A DNA stretch of 64,000 nt from Phycisphaerales bacterium (lineage in GTDB: Bacteria; Planctomycetota; Phycisphaerae; Phycisphaerales; UBA1924). Numbering within the stretch: the first letter of the stretch is position 1; every line of letters starts with the position of its first letter. Location of the stretch: positions 5,248 to 69,247 of the forward strand of contig JANQQZ010000084.1 of NCBI GenBank assembly GCA_028284805.1, in the 5' to 3' direction. Shown here one piece after another: positions 16,847 through 25,867 of the stretch. The translations under genes and the position numbers were made by a program. A model generated the notes under the pieces. The model searched no databases. It saw nothing but the letters and a program-made list of their open reading frames with translations, and was not told where the DNA came from.

Positions 16847-18381
16847 CCCAGCTTGGCGAGCAGGATCTCGCGCACCGCCTTCGCGTCCGCCTGGCCCCCG
16901 CTGCGCTTCATCACCTCGCCGATGAGGCGCCCGATCGCCTGCTGCTTCCCGCCCCGGATCTGATCGGCGATCTCGGGGAAGGCCGCGATCACCTCGTCGG
17001 CCCAGCCCTCGAGCGCGCCCGTGTCGGTCACCTGGAGCAGGTTCTCCCGCTCCGCGATCGCGCGGGGCGTGTCGCCCGACCCGATCAACAGTTCCAGGAT
17101 CTTCTCGGCGCCGTTGCCGCTGATCTCGTTCGACTGGCGGAGCACGACGACCTCGCCGATCTTCGCTGCATCGAGCCCGAGCGCCGCGACCGATGTCTCT
17201 CGTTCGTTCGCGATCCGCCCGAGCCCCTGAACGACCAGGTTCGCCGCAAGCTTCGCGGCCTCGGCCCGGTCGATGCCCGACGAGGCCGCCGCCTCGACCG
17301 CGCCGTCGAACAGATCCGCCATGCCGCGGTCGAAGGCGATCTGCTGCGCGTCGCGGTCCGCGAGCCCCAGACCGTCGCGGTACCGCGTCGCGCGCTCGAC
17401 CGGGAGTGTTGGAAGGCACTCGCGCACCGACTTCTTCCACGCGCTGTCGACAACCACGGGCACCAGGTCCGGGTCGGGGAAGTAGCGGTAGTCCAGCGCA
17501 TCCTCCTTCGACCGCTGGAGGAACGTGGCCTCTTTCGCGTCATCCCAGCCGCGCGTCGACTTCATCGCGGGCCCGTGCTCCTCGCCCGTCTCGACCCACC
17601 GGCTGGGCTGCTGCCTCAGCTCGTGGCGGATCGCGCCCGCGACCGACCGGAACGAGTTCAGGTTCTTGACCTCGACGATCGGCGTCGTGACCGTGCGCCC
17701 GTCCTTCATCGTGAGCACGCAGTTGATGTTGGGCTCGAAGCGCATCTGCCCCTTCTGCATGTCGCCTCCGGTCACGCCCAGGAACCGGCACGTCGCGTGC
17801 AAGACGCGGCAGAAGGCCATCGCGTCCTCGACCCGACGGAAGTCCGGCGCCGTCACGATCTCGAGCAGGGGTGTCCCGGCGCGGTTCAGATCGACCTGCG
17901 AACCAGATCCGCCCTCGTGGGTCAGCTTGCCCGCGTCTTCCTCGAGGTGCGCGCGCACGATGCCGACCCGGCAGCCCTCGCCCCCGAACTCGAGCCACCC
18001 CGCGTCGTCCATCGCGGGCACGTCCACCGCTCCGTCGAAGCACAGAGGCAGGTCGTACTGGCTCAGCTGGTACGCCTTGGGCAGGTCCGGGTAGAAGTAG
18101 CTCTTGCGGTCCCAGACGCTCCGCTCAGCGATCGAGCAGCCGAGCGCCATGCCGACGAGCATGGACATCTCGACCGCCGCCCGGTTCATCACGGGCAGAG
18201 CCCCGGGCAGCGCGAGCACGACCGGGTCGATCAGCGTGTTGGGCTCGGCGTCCTCGAAGTCGGGGTGCGCCGGGCTCGGCGCGGACGCGAACATCTTGCG
18301 CCGCGTCGCCAACTCGACGTGGATCTCCATGCCGACGACCAACTGAACCGATTCGATCGTGTCGTGGGAACGCTCGCTCAC
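16843..18381 (-). CDS. gatB: Asp-tRNA(Asn)/Glu-tRNA(Gln) amidotransferase subunit B
   Basis: 512 aa with VVGMEIHVEL, DLNRAGTPLLEIVT, RFEPNIN and a C-terminal YqeY/GatB domain. It has a GTG start. Confidence 0.95.
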   Translation of the reverse strand: MSERSHDTIESVQLVVGMEIHVELATRRKMFASAPSPAHPDFEDAEPNTLIDPVVLALPGALPVMNRAAVEMSMLVGMALGCSIAERSVWDRKSYFYPDLPKAYQLSQYDLPLCFDGAVDVPAMDDAGWLEFGGEGCRVGIVRAHLEEDAGKLTHEGGSGSQVDLNRAGTPLLEIVTAPDFRRVEDAMAFCRVLHATCRFLGVTGGDMQKGQMRFEPNINCVLTMKDGRTVTTPIVEVKNLNSFRSVAGAIRHELRQQPSRWVETGEEHGPAMKSTRGWDDAKEATFLQRSKEDALDYRYFPDPDLVPVVVDSAWKKSVRECLPTLPVERATRYRDGLGLADRDAQQIAFDRGMADLFDGAVEAAASSGIDRAEAAKLAANLVVQGLGRIANERETSVAALGLDAAKIGEVVVLRQSNEISGNGAEKILELLIGSGDTPRAIAERENLLQVTDTGALEGWADEVIAAFPEIADQIRGGKQQAIGRLIGEVMKRSGGQADAKAVREILLAKLG

Positions 18382-18387
18382 GCGTGC

Positions 18388-18393
18388 ATGGTA
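18388..18393 (-). promoter_or_regulatory. -10-like hexamer TACCAT, 6 nt upstream of the gatB GTG
   Basis: The minus strand reads TACCAT-GCACGC-GTG. Confidence 0.3.
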
Positions 18394-18410
18394 CCGGCCC
18401 CGGGCGGGGG

Positions 18411-20084
18411 TCAGGCGTCGGCTGATCGCCTCGCGGCCTCGAGCGCGTGCCTGATCGCTGCGCGCTCCGACCGTGCCGCGTGCAGGGGCTTGGACCCGAG
18501 CGCGTCGGCCAGCTCCGCCAGCGTCAGCGGGCGGGCGTCCTCGACGCTCGGGGGCGGGGGCGCGTAGCCGAACCGCAGGCGGAGGATGAGGGCGTCGCGA
18601 CTACCAACCAGATCGAGAGCGCCGCGGATCCTGGCGTCCGGCTCGAGGACGCGCTGCCAGCCGTAGACCATCCGCGTCAGGTCACGCACCGCCGTCGAGG
18701 ACCCGATCTTCCGACGAGCCTTCCCGGGCTGTGCCGCGGCACGCACCGCGGGGATCGACCGCATCGAGCGGTCGACCGCGAGCGAAACAGGAGATGCCAG
18801 CCGGCCCCGGTCGCCCGGGTGCACGGTGTCGATCGCCGAGGCGGCGGCCTCGATGCCCGACTCGACGACCGCCCGCAGGGCGACCGAGCCGAGCTGCTCG
18901 GCCTCGGCGCCGAGGCGCGACTCGATCGCGCGGAGCATGACGGGCAGCAGCGCGCGGACAAGCTCGGCCTTGACCCGCGCCGACCAGCGCAGGTCGGTCT
19001 CGATCCGATCGATCTCGGGGCTGCTGTTGCCGTGCTCGGGCAGCTCGCCGATCGCGCGGGCGGCGCGCCGTCGGAGCTCGCGGCAGGCGGTGAGACGCCC
19101 CCGTTCCTCGGCGGCGGGGATCGGGCCCAGCCCGCGCGCAAGGGCCAGGAAGTCCTCGAGCAGGTCCGGGCCCGCCCAGCCGATGCCGCCGGTCGCGTAC
19201 TCGCCCGCGGCGGCGGTCTCGTCGGGTGCCTCGTCGCGCAGGCCCCGTGCGATGGCGGGCAGCAGCCCGCGCAGCACACGCGCCCGCTCGTCGACCGTGA
19301 CGCGGAGCACGCTCGCGCGGGGCTTGCCCACTCGCGTGGCGACGACGCCCGGCTCGAGCGCCCGGCGCCAGGCCAAGAAGCAGAGGCGACGCTCGCGCGG
19401 GCCCATTGGCCCGGACCCATCGAAGAGCGACTCGCCCTCCTCGCGCTCCCAGCGCTGCAGGATCTGGCGCACGGTCTCGTGCCCGCGCCCGATGCGTTCG
19501 GCGATCGAGAGCGCCGCCTGATTGAGACTCTTGCCCTCGCGCGCGTGCTCGCGTGCCTCGGCGATCACCCTCGCCCGCACCTCGGGCTCCAGACGGCTGA
19601 ACGTGGTCGCCGCCCGGAGCGTCTGGGGCTCGCGCTGCTCGAACGCCGCGACCGCCTCGGGCATGTACGCGACCCGGGGCTTCCCGCCCGCGCCGATCAC
19701 GCGACGCGACAGAAGGCCGCGACGCCTGTACCGCTCGAGCGTCTTCCGGCTCACGCTCCATTTCTCGCACAGCGCCTCGGCGGACAGCGCGCCGTCGAGC
19801 GACGACAGCTCGATCTTCGCCGACGACGACAGGTGCTCGGCAAGCGTCGCCAGCTCGCCCAGGAGTTCCTCGCCCGGGATCAGCGCATCGGCCGAGCGGT
19901 CGGGACGGTACCCGGTCACGCGGAAGACAACGTAGTCGAGCGGGAACGAGCCGCCCGCGTCGAGCTCGTACGCGAGTGCTTCGGTGCGCTCCAGGTCGCG
20001 CACCAGCGCCGATCTCGGCGCGAACCGCAGCTGGGCCGCCAGCTCGGCGAGTTCGTCGACGCGGAATCGAGGCAGTGGAGGCAC
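18411..20084 (-). CDS. large multi-HTH DNA-binding protein, sigma-70 region-4-like C-terminus
   Basis: 557 aa with at least three HTH-like segments: WSVSRKTLERYRRRGLL, LNQAALSIAERIGRGHETVRQILQRW and C-terminal LTLAELADALGSKPLHAARSERAAIRHAL. I could not identify a canonical sigma region 2. It has a GTG start preceded by GAGGG. Confidence 0.65.
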   Translation of the reverse strand: MPPLPRFRVDELAELAAQLRFAPRSALVRDLERTEALAYELDAGGSFPLDYVVFRVTGYRPDRSADALIPGEELLGELATLAEHLSSSAKIELSSLDGALSAEALCEKWSVSRKTLERYRRRGLLSRRVIGAGGKPRVAYMPEAVAAFEQREPQTLRAATTFSRLEPEVRARVIAEAREHAREGKSLNQAALSIAERIGRGHETVRQILQRWEREEGESLFDGSGPMGPRERRLCFLAWRRALEPGVVATRVGKPRASVLRVTVDERARVLRGLLPAIARGLRDEAPDETAAAGEYATGGIGWAGPDLLEDFLALARGLGPIPAAEERGRLTACRELRRRAARAIGELPEHGNSSPEIDRIETDLRWSARVKAELVRALLPVMLRAIESRLGAEAEQLGSVALRAVVESGIEAAASAIDTVHPGDRGRLASPVSLAVDRSMRSIPAVRAAAQPGKARRKIGSSTAVRDLTRMVYGWQRVLEPDARIRGALDLVGSRDALILRLRFGYAPPPPSVEDARPLTLAELADALGSKPLHAARSERAAIRHALEAARRSADA

Positions 20085-20120
20085 GGTGTCGCCCTCTGCG
20101 CCGGACCTTCCCCCCTCGGG

Positions 20121-21047
20121 TCAGCCCGGCGACGCGAGCACCCCGTCGGCCACGACGAGTTCGCTCGCCCCGATCAGCCCCAGCGCCGCGCACTTCTCCA
20201 AGAACAGCCCCGCCGCCTGGCGGGCACGCTCGTCGAAGTCGAAGCGGAGGCACTCCCCTACGTACCGCCTGGCCAGGTCCGCCGGCCAGCGGTGCTCGGG
20301 CGACCGGTCCGTGACGATCTGGTCGATCCGGGTCGCGTTGTGCAGCCTCTGGCGCTCCAGCACCGCCGCCGCACGACGAACCGCGGGATCGCCAACGCGG
20401 TCACGCCGGCACATCCATACGGCATATACGAACGGGAGCCCGGTCAGTTCCCGCCACGCCTCTCCCAAATCCAGCTGGTGGGGGTACCGGACCGCTGGGG
20501 GGCTGTCCGTGACGACCTTATCGCCGATCAGGAGCATCGCCTCGGGCCACTCGTTCCCGGAAGCGGGGTCCTCGCCCGAGGCGTCCGATGCCGCCGCCAG
20601 GGGCATCCGCTCGCGGGCGTCGTAGTCCACCAGCTCGACATCGATACCAAACCGATCCCTCATCACCAGGCGCGCCAGCGCGACCGACGTGTGGCTGTCG
20701 GTGTCGATGTGCACCCGCCTGACCGTCTCGAGCGGCACCTGGCTGTAGATCCGCACCGTCAGCGTCGGCCCGTCGCATCCGATCATGCCCGCCGGAACGA
20801 TCGTCAGCGGCGCGGACGATTTCTGCGCGTCGATCAGGCTGACCAGACTGACATCCGCCTCGTCGCGTTCGAGCAGTTCCACGAGCCGGCTCGGCACCCG
20901 GCGCACGATCTCGACGCCCTCAAGCGACTCCAGCCCCTCGACCAGGGGCCACGTGTTGAGGTAGTTCACACACCCGATGCGCGTTCGTTCGTTCACAGGG
21001 CATCGTAGCGGGACAAGCCCCGAGCGCAAGCGGGGCAACACCACCAT
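20121..21047 (-). CDS. mqnA: chorismate dehydratase MqnA-like (futalosine menaquinone pathway)
   Basis: It has an IGCVNYLNTWPL start motif and a periplasmic-binding-protein-like fold pattern, and it lacks the MqnD CPND motif. The start codon is uncertain. Confidence 0.7.
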   Translation of the reverse strand: MVVLPRLRSGLVPLRCPVNERTRIGCVNYLNTWPLVEGLESLEGVEIVRRVPSRLVELLERDEADVSLVSLIDAQKSSAPLTIVPAGMIGCDGPTLTVRIYSQVPLETVRRVHIDTDSHTSVALARLVMRDRFGIDVELVDYDARERMPLAAASDASGEDPASGNEWPEAMLLIGDKVVTDSPPAVRYPHQLDLGEAWRELTGLPFVYAVWMCRRDRVGDPAVRRAAAVLERQRLHNATRIDQIVTDRSPEHRWPADLARRYVGECLRFDFDERARQAAGLFLEKCAALGLIGASELVVADGVLASPG

Positions 21048-21051
21048 CCAC

Positions 21052-21057
21052 TACCAT
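21052..21057 (+). promoter_or_regulatory. -10-like hexamer TACCAT, 6 nt upstream of the ATG at 21064
   Basis: The plus strand reads TACCAT-CGTCTC-ATG. Confidence 0.35.
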
Positions 21058-21063
21058 CGTCTC

Positions 21064-21699
21064 ATGACCGAACCCGTGAAGCTCACTCTCGTCGGAGGCG
21101 GGGGGCACGCCCTCGTCGTCGCGGACGCCGCACTCCGAGCGGGCCTCGCCCTTCAAGGCTTCTACGACGACGACTCCGACGCCCCCCTCGCCCAGGGCAC
21201 CCCGAGCTGCCCGTTCCTGGGCGATCTCACGGGTCTCGAAGACCGCGAGCTCGATGGCTCGCCCTGGATCCTCGCGCTGGGCGATCTGGGCACCCGCCGC
21301 TGGCTGATCGACCGCCTCTACAAGGCGGAGGACGATGCCGCCATGGTCATCCACCCGGATGCGACCGTCAGCGAGTCGGCTGTCATCGCGGGCGGCGTGT
21401 GGGTCGGCCCGCGAGCGGTCGTTCACACCCGCGCCCGTGTGCTCGACCACGCCATCGTCAACTCCGGGGCGATCGTCGAGCACGACTGCCTGATCTCAGA
21501 GAACGCGCACGTCGCGCCGGGCGCCGCGCTCGGGGGCAGCGTCAGCGTCGGCAACGACACCCTCGTTGGCCTGAACGCGACGGTCCTGCCCGGCGTCGCC
21601 ATCGGCAGCGGGTGCACGATCGGGGCCGGAGCGGTGGTAACGCAAGATGTTCCTGACATGAAGACCGTGCGAGGTGCGCCCGCGATCGAGAGTTCGTGA
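21064..21699 (+). CDS. NeuD/PglD-family sugar O/N-acyltransferase (left-handed beta-helix)
   Basis: From the internal Met of ORF 20977..21699. It has an N-terminal Rossmann-like LTLVGGGGHALVV followed by hexapeptide repeats (IVNSGAIVEHD..., VGNDTLVGLNATVLPGVAIGSGCTIGAGAVV). Confidence 0.85.
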   Translation: MTEPVKLTLVGGGGHALVVADAALRAGLALQGFYDDDSDAPLAQGTPSCPFLGDLTGLEDRELDGSPWILALGDLGTRRWLIDRLYKAEDDAAMVIHPDATVSESAVIAGGVWVGPRAVVHTRARVLDHAIVNSGAIVEHDCLISENAHVAPGAALGGSVSVGNDTLVGLNATVLPGVAIGSGCTIGAGAVVTQDVPDMKTVRGAPAIESS

Positions 21700-21774
21700 T
21701 TGACCCCGAATCGATGTTCTGTTCTACTCAACATGCAGAAGCGGCTGCCTGTGGGAAGCAATCGGAGGCGAGTC

Positions 21775-22515
21775 ATGATCCGACTAACTGGGGCGACCGG
21801 TATTGCCTTTGCTCTGGCTTTGACAGCAGCCGCGCAGCCGAACGTCGATGTCTCGTTGGGCGAGGCGCAGTACCAGTTTGTCTATCTCACGTCAGACTTT
21901 CAGAACGACATCGTGGGCGGTGCCGCTGACGCGTCGGCCGGCCCCGCAACGGCCTCCGATTCCCTGAGCATCCCCGAGCCGCTCGGGGGCACGCACGACA
22001 TGCAGGCCTCGACGACCGCAAACTTTTCAGGATTCACCTACTCCGGGAGCGGATCGGCCTTCTATCAGGCGCCGAGTTCTCGCGACGCGACCGGCACGGC
22101 ACCCGGCACCACAGCATCGGTATCCGAAGCCCGCATCGTCTTTCAGGTGAACAACCCGATCGAGTTCTTCTACTCCTACTCCGGAAGCGCAACCGCGTCC
22201 GGAATCGCAGCAGTAGACCTGGGTTCCAGTTTCCGATTCCAGCTGACTGATCTCGACGTCGGAGGACCGAACATCATCGAAGAAGAAGTCCTGTTCACGT
22301 CCAGCGCGACATCGTTTGGCAATCCGGGCGCAAGCATCATGCTGAACCCGGGAACCTATCAAGCGCGGTGGAACGCCCTCGTCATCAGCGGCAACAGCTT
22401 CGGCTACGACTCCGAAACCGTGAACTACACGTTCGGAGCGAGCATCGTGCCCGCTCCCTCGGCCGCCGCTCTCCTCGGGCTCGCGGGCCTCGCGGCAACA
22501 CGACGCCGGCGTTGA
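21775..22515 (+). CDS. PEP-CTERM-type sorting-domain protein, hypothetical
   Basis: The signal peptide is MIRLTGATGIAFALALTAAAQP, with a GGAGG Shine-Dalgarno upstream. The C-terminus is IVPAPSAAALLGLAGLAATRRRR: a (V/I)P-x-P motif, a TM helix and an Arg cluster. Confidence 0.75.
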   Translation: MIRLTGATGIAFALALTAAAQPNVDVSLGEAQYQFVYLTSDFQNDIVGGAADASAGPATASDSLSIPEPLGGTHDMQASTTANFSGFTYSGSGSAFYQAPSSRDATGTAPGTTASVSEARIVFQVNNPIEFFYSYSGSATASGIAAVDLGSSFRFQLTDLDVGGPNIIEEEVLFTSSATSFGNPGASIMLNPGTYQARWNALVISGNSFGYDSETVNYTFGASIVPAPSAAALLGLAGLAATRRRR

Positions 22516-22518
22516 GCC

Positions 22519-23160
22519 CTATCCGCGCCGACGACGCCCCATGAGCAGCACGCCCGACGCCAGGACCGCAACGCTCGCGGGGGCAGGCACGATCGTCAGC
22601 GTCGGCAAGAAGAGCAGCGGCGGGGCAGAAAACGGCACCGTGCCCGCGCTGCCGTCGGCACGCTGGTAGAAGAACACCTCGCCGAACGAGCCGTCCTCGT
22701 ACGCGCCGGTGAACTGCCCGACGATCGTGATATCCGCAAAGATGGTGCGCTCGGTGTCGTCCGTGATGAGCATGTCGTAGGTGTAGATCGAGAGCGGGTT
22801 CGAGGAATCGGGGGTGCCCAGAGGCGAAAGGCTCTGCGAGCCGACCGCGCCCGTGATCGAGTCGCCCGAAGCCGTGCCGTTGACCGCTGGAAAGAGGCCA
22901 TCGAACGCGGGCAGGTAGGCGTTGTTCGAGAGCTCCACCCCGGCATCGCCCCCGTAGTCGAGCCCGAATCCGATATCGAGCACCGTCGCGAGAACCGTGC
23001 GATCGGACGGCACGCTGTCGAGTTCGGCGATGATCGTCCAGGTCACGACATCGCCCAGACGTGCCGTCGACTGGCTTGGGTACGCGCCGATCACCAGGTT
23101 CTGGGCCTGAACCGCGGGGCTCAGGGCGGCAACGGCAACAGCAGCATGGCACGGTCGCAT
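22519..23160 (-). CDS. PEP-CTERM-type sorting-domain protein, hypothetical
   Basis: It has a signal peptide and the C-terminus IVPAPASVAVLASGVLLMGRRRRG. It is convergent with the previous gene, and the two stops are 3 nt apart. Confidence 0.75.
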   Translation of the reverse strand: MRPCHAAVAVAALSPAVQAQNLVIGAYPSQSTARLGDVVTWTIIAELDSVPSDRTVLATVLDIGFGLDYGGDAGVELSNNAYLPAFDGLFPAVNGTASGDSITGAVGSQSLSPLGTPDSSNPLSIYTYDMLITDDTERTIFADITIVGQFTGAYEDGSFGEVFFYQRADGSAGTVPFSAPPLLFLPTLTIVPAPASVAVLASGVLLMGRRRRG

Positions 23161-23263
23161 GGGTCTATCCCTCCTCGTCTAAGGAAGTAGACAGCGGACT
23201 TGCCTTCCGGGACAAGAGGTATGTGGCGCTTTCGTTCCAAATTCATCGGATTCGGGCGTCCGA

Positions 23264-23677
23264 TCAGCCCCCCCGGGTCGCGTCGCGCAGGTCGGTCGCG
23301 CGCTCGAGCAACTCCGCCTCGGCCTCGAGGGCCTCGGCGCTGCCCGGAGGCACCTCGGGCTCCAGCTCGAAGTCCCATTCGATCGAGGTCTTCACCCGCC
23401 ACGGCGCCAGAATCGCGAGCAGGTCGATCACCGGGTACTCCCAGATGGGCGTGGTGGTCTCGCGCCTGGTCACCAGGGGCTCGTAGCCGTCCTTCCGCAC
23501 GCGCACGTCGTACACGCCGAAGTACGTGAACTCGGTCGTGACCGGTGTGCGCCCGATCTCGACGTCGTTGAGCGTGACCACCGCTCCGGGGGGCCCGCTC
23601 GTGACCGTGATCGTGCGCTCGAGGCACCCCCCCATCGACAGGGCGCAGACAAGCAGGATCGACGCGCCGAGCCTCAT
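23264..23677 (-). CDS. PEGA-domain lipoprotein
   Basis: It has the lipobox ALSMGGC and the PEGA motif PPGAVVTLNDVEIGRTPV. Its start overlaps the lptB stop. Confidence 0.8.
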   Translation of the reverse strand: MRLGASILLVCALSMGGCLERTITVTSGPPGAVVTLNDVEIGRTPVTTEFTYFGVYDVRVRKDGYEPLVTRRETTTPIWEYPVIDLLAILAPWRVKTSIEWDFELEPEVPPGSAEALEAEAELLERATDLRDATRGG

Positions 23678-24504
23678 CCTGCCTTGGCCTCGGGGTCCGA
23701 GTCGGTCTCCGGGCGACGCTTGGGCGCGGTCGACTTCTCGTGCGACCGCGTCGGGGCGGGCGCGAAGTCGTCGTCGAACTCGTCGCCACGGAAGAGCGAG
23801 CCGAGGTAGACCCGCCTGACCATCTCGTCGTTGATCAGGGCCTTGGGCGTGCCCCGCGCGAACACCTTGCCCTCGTCGATGATGTACGCGCGGTCGCAGA
23901 CCCGGAGCGTCTGCTGCACGTTGTGGTCGGTGATGAGCATCGCGATGCCGGTCTCGCTCAGCTTCTTGATCTCGGCCTGCAGGTCCTCGACCGCGATCGG
24001 GTCGACGCCCGCGAACGGCTCGTCGAGCAGGATGATGCGGGGCTCGGTCACCAGCGAGCGGGCGATCTCCAGCTTGCGCCGCTCGCCCCCCGAGCAGGTC
24101 CGCGCCTGGTCCTTGGCCTTGTGCGTCAGCCCGAAGCGTCCGAGCAGCTCGCCCGCGCGCGTCTTGCGTTCCTTCCGCCCGAGCGGGAGCGTCTCCAGGA
24201 TCGCCAGCAGGTTCTGCTCGCAGGTCATCCGTTGGAAGATGCTCGGCTCCTGGCTGAGGTAGCCCATCCCGAGCTTGGCCCGCTCGAACATGGGCCAGCC
24301 CGAGACGTCCTCGCCGTTGAAGACCACACGCCCCCCGTCGGCGTCGATCATGCCGATCGTCATGCGGAAGCTGGTGGTCTTGCCCGCGCCGTTGCGACCG
24401 AGCAGCCCGACTGTCTCGCCCGGCTCAACCCCGAACGAGACGCCCTGCACGACCGCGCGGCCGCCGTAGGACTTCTTCAGCTTGTGCGCCTCGAGCAGCG
24501 GCAT
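23674..24504 (-). CDS. lptB: LPS export ABC transporter ATP-binding protein LptB (with ~35-aa acidic/basic C-terminal extension)
   Basis: It has Walker A GRNGAGKTT, the signature CSGGERRKLEIARSL, Walker B ILLDEPFAGVDP, and the LptB-typical YLSQEPSIF and VRRVYLG motifs. Confidence 0.9.
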   Translation of the reverse strand: MPLLEAHKLKKSYGGRAVVQGVSFGVEPGETVGLLGRNGAGKTTSFRMTIGMIDADGGRVVFNGEDVSGWPMFERAKLGMGYLSQEPSIFQRMTCEQNLLAILETLPLGRKERKTRAGELLGRFGLTHKAKDQARTCSGGERRKLEIARSLVTEPRIILLDEPFAGVDPIAVEDLQAEIKKLSETGIAMLITDHNVQQTLRVCDRAYIIDEGKVFARGTPKALINDEMVRRVYLGSLFRGDEFDDDFAPAPTRSHEKSTAPKRRPETDSDPEAKAG

Positions 24505-24510
24505 CCCGCC

Positions 24511-24516
24511 AGTATA
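24511..24516 (-). promoter_or_regulatory. -10-like hexamer TATACT, 6 nt upstream of the lptB ATG
   Basis: The minus strand reads TATACT-GGCGGG-ATG. Confidence 0.35.
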
Positions 24517-24541
24517 GATTGGCTCGTCGACGAGGCCGGGA

Positions 24542-25009
24542 TCAGGCCATCGGAGGCGTTGGGTCCTTGATCACCCGGATGCACGCCGGGTATCGGAAGA
24601 CCTCCGACCGAAGCGCCGCAACGCCCCCGAGCACCCCTCCGATGATCCCGAAGAACGGCAGGATCATGAACCCGAGGATCCCGACGCCGCAGAACACCAA
24701 GGGGATCAGGATCAGACCGATCAGGATGAGTGAGATCTGGAAGTTGAGCGCTTCGCGCCCGTGGTCATCGATGAACTCGCTGTCTGCCTTGCGGATCTGC
24801 CACATCGCCAGAGCCACCAGAGGCGGCACGACGAACGCGATCCCCGAGCTGAAAAACACGCTCGAAGCCCAGGCGATCAGGCTTCCGAAGTGAATCCAGC
24901 TCGCGTAGATCCGCTGATCGTCGGGCAGATCGACCGCCCGGAGCTTGCTCTTCTCGGTCCGCTCGTACGCAGGTGTCCAGCTGCTCGTGCCCATCGTTGC
25001 CGTCGCCAT
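24542..25009 (-). CDS. DUF4870-like membrane protein
   Basis: From the internal Met (MATATMG...) of ORF 24542..25330. It has the pattern ASWIHFGSL...PPLVALAMW...DSEFIDDHGREALNFQISL followed by TM helices. Confidence 0.75.
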   Translation of the reverse strand: MATATMGTSSWTPAYERTEKSKLRAVDLPDDQRIYASWIHFGSLIAWASSVFFSSGIAFVVPPLVALAMWQIRKADSEFIDDHGREALNFQISLILIGLILIPLVFCGVGILGFMILPFFGIIGGVLGGVAALRSEVFRYPACIRVIKDPTPPMA

Positions 25010-25068
25010 CGTCGGATCCCCACCGGCGGCCCCCCCGGCTCGATGCCAGGACCGGGCCGCCCGCTGGG

Positions 25069-25497
25069 TCATTCCGAATCTAGCCCCTCCGCTTTCTCGT
25101 CCGGACGCGTGTTGTCGGGCAGGAACTCGGTCCCCAGTATCAGCCCGCACTCCGGGCAGGTTTCCGAACGGAGCCCGCTCAGATTGAACCCGCACCCGGG
25201 GCAGGCCGCCCGCACCCGCGCGGGCACGAGCCACCGAGCGATCCACCGGGGCCAGCCGATCGCGATGATCGCGAACACCAATAGGACCGCCTGGAGCGAG
25301 ACGCTTGAGACCAGGCGTTCGAGGTTCCACCGCTGCACGCCGCCCCGACCCATCGCGGACGACAGATCATCGAGGTTCGTCCAGATGAAAGTGCCGACCC
25401 GCGTCGCGGCATAGAGCAGCAGGAGCAACCCGACGCCGCGCACGACCGCCGCGGCGACGTGCCTGTATCGGGCGATGTCAGCTGGGGTCGGGACCAT
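25069..25497 (-). CDS. small membrane protein with C-terminal CxxC...CPECG zinc ribbon (paralog S1)
   Basis: 142 aa with TM helices followed by ACPGCGFNLSGLRSETCPECGLILG. It overlaps the S2 stop by 20 nt. Confidence 0.7.
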   Translation of the reverse strand: MVPTPADIARYRHVAAAVVRGVGLLLLLYAATRVGTFIWTNLDDLSSAMGRGGVQRWNLERLVSSVSLQAVLLVFAIIAIGWPRWIARWLVPARVRAACPGCGFNLSGLRSETCPECGLILGTEFLPDNTRPDEKAEGLDSE

Positions 25498-25867
25498 CAG
25501 CCGAGTCTACCGAGCCCTCACGCAAAGCGAGCCCGCACTCCGGGCACGCTTCTGCTGCATCCGCCCGATAGCCGCACCGAGGGCAGCGTTCCTTCTGCAC
25601 GCGGACCATCTCTCTCGCCAGCCGCGGACCGAGCAGCCACAACGCCAAGGCAGCGCTCAGCCAGAACGCCACCGACGCGAACCGCACGAACTCCCAGGGT
25701 GACTGCGTCATCCCCTGCACCGCCACCGAGTAGTCCGCGTAGGCGATCGCGTACTCGACGTGCGTCAGCACGTCGCGCATCGCCCACAGCAGCGCGAGCA
25801 CCGAGATCACCCGCAGCGCCGCGACGACGAAGTGCCGAACGAGCCGGACCCGGTCGGCTTCAATCAC
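25478..25867 (-). CDS. small membrane protein with C-terminal CxxC...CPECG zinc ribbon (paralog S2)
   Basis: ORF 25478..25930. I place the start at the GTG at 25867, which overlaps the S3 stop as GTGA and aligns the N-terminus (VIEADRVRLVRHFVVAALRVISV) with S1 and S3. The zinc ribbon is RCPRCGYRADAAEACPECGLAL. Confidence 0.65.
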   Translation of the reverse strand: MIEADRVRLVRHFVVAALRVISVLALLWAMRDVLTHVEYAIAYADYSVAVQGMTQSPWEFVRFASVAFWLSAALALWLLGPRLAREMVRVQKERCPRCGYRADAAEACPECGLALREGSVDSADGPDPS

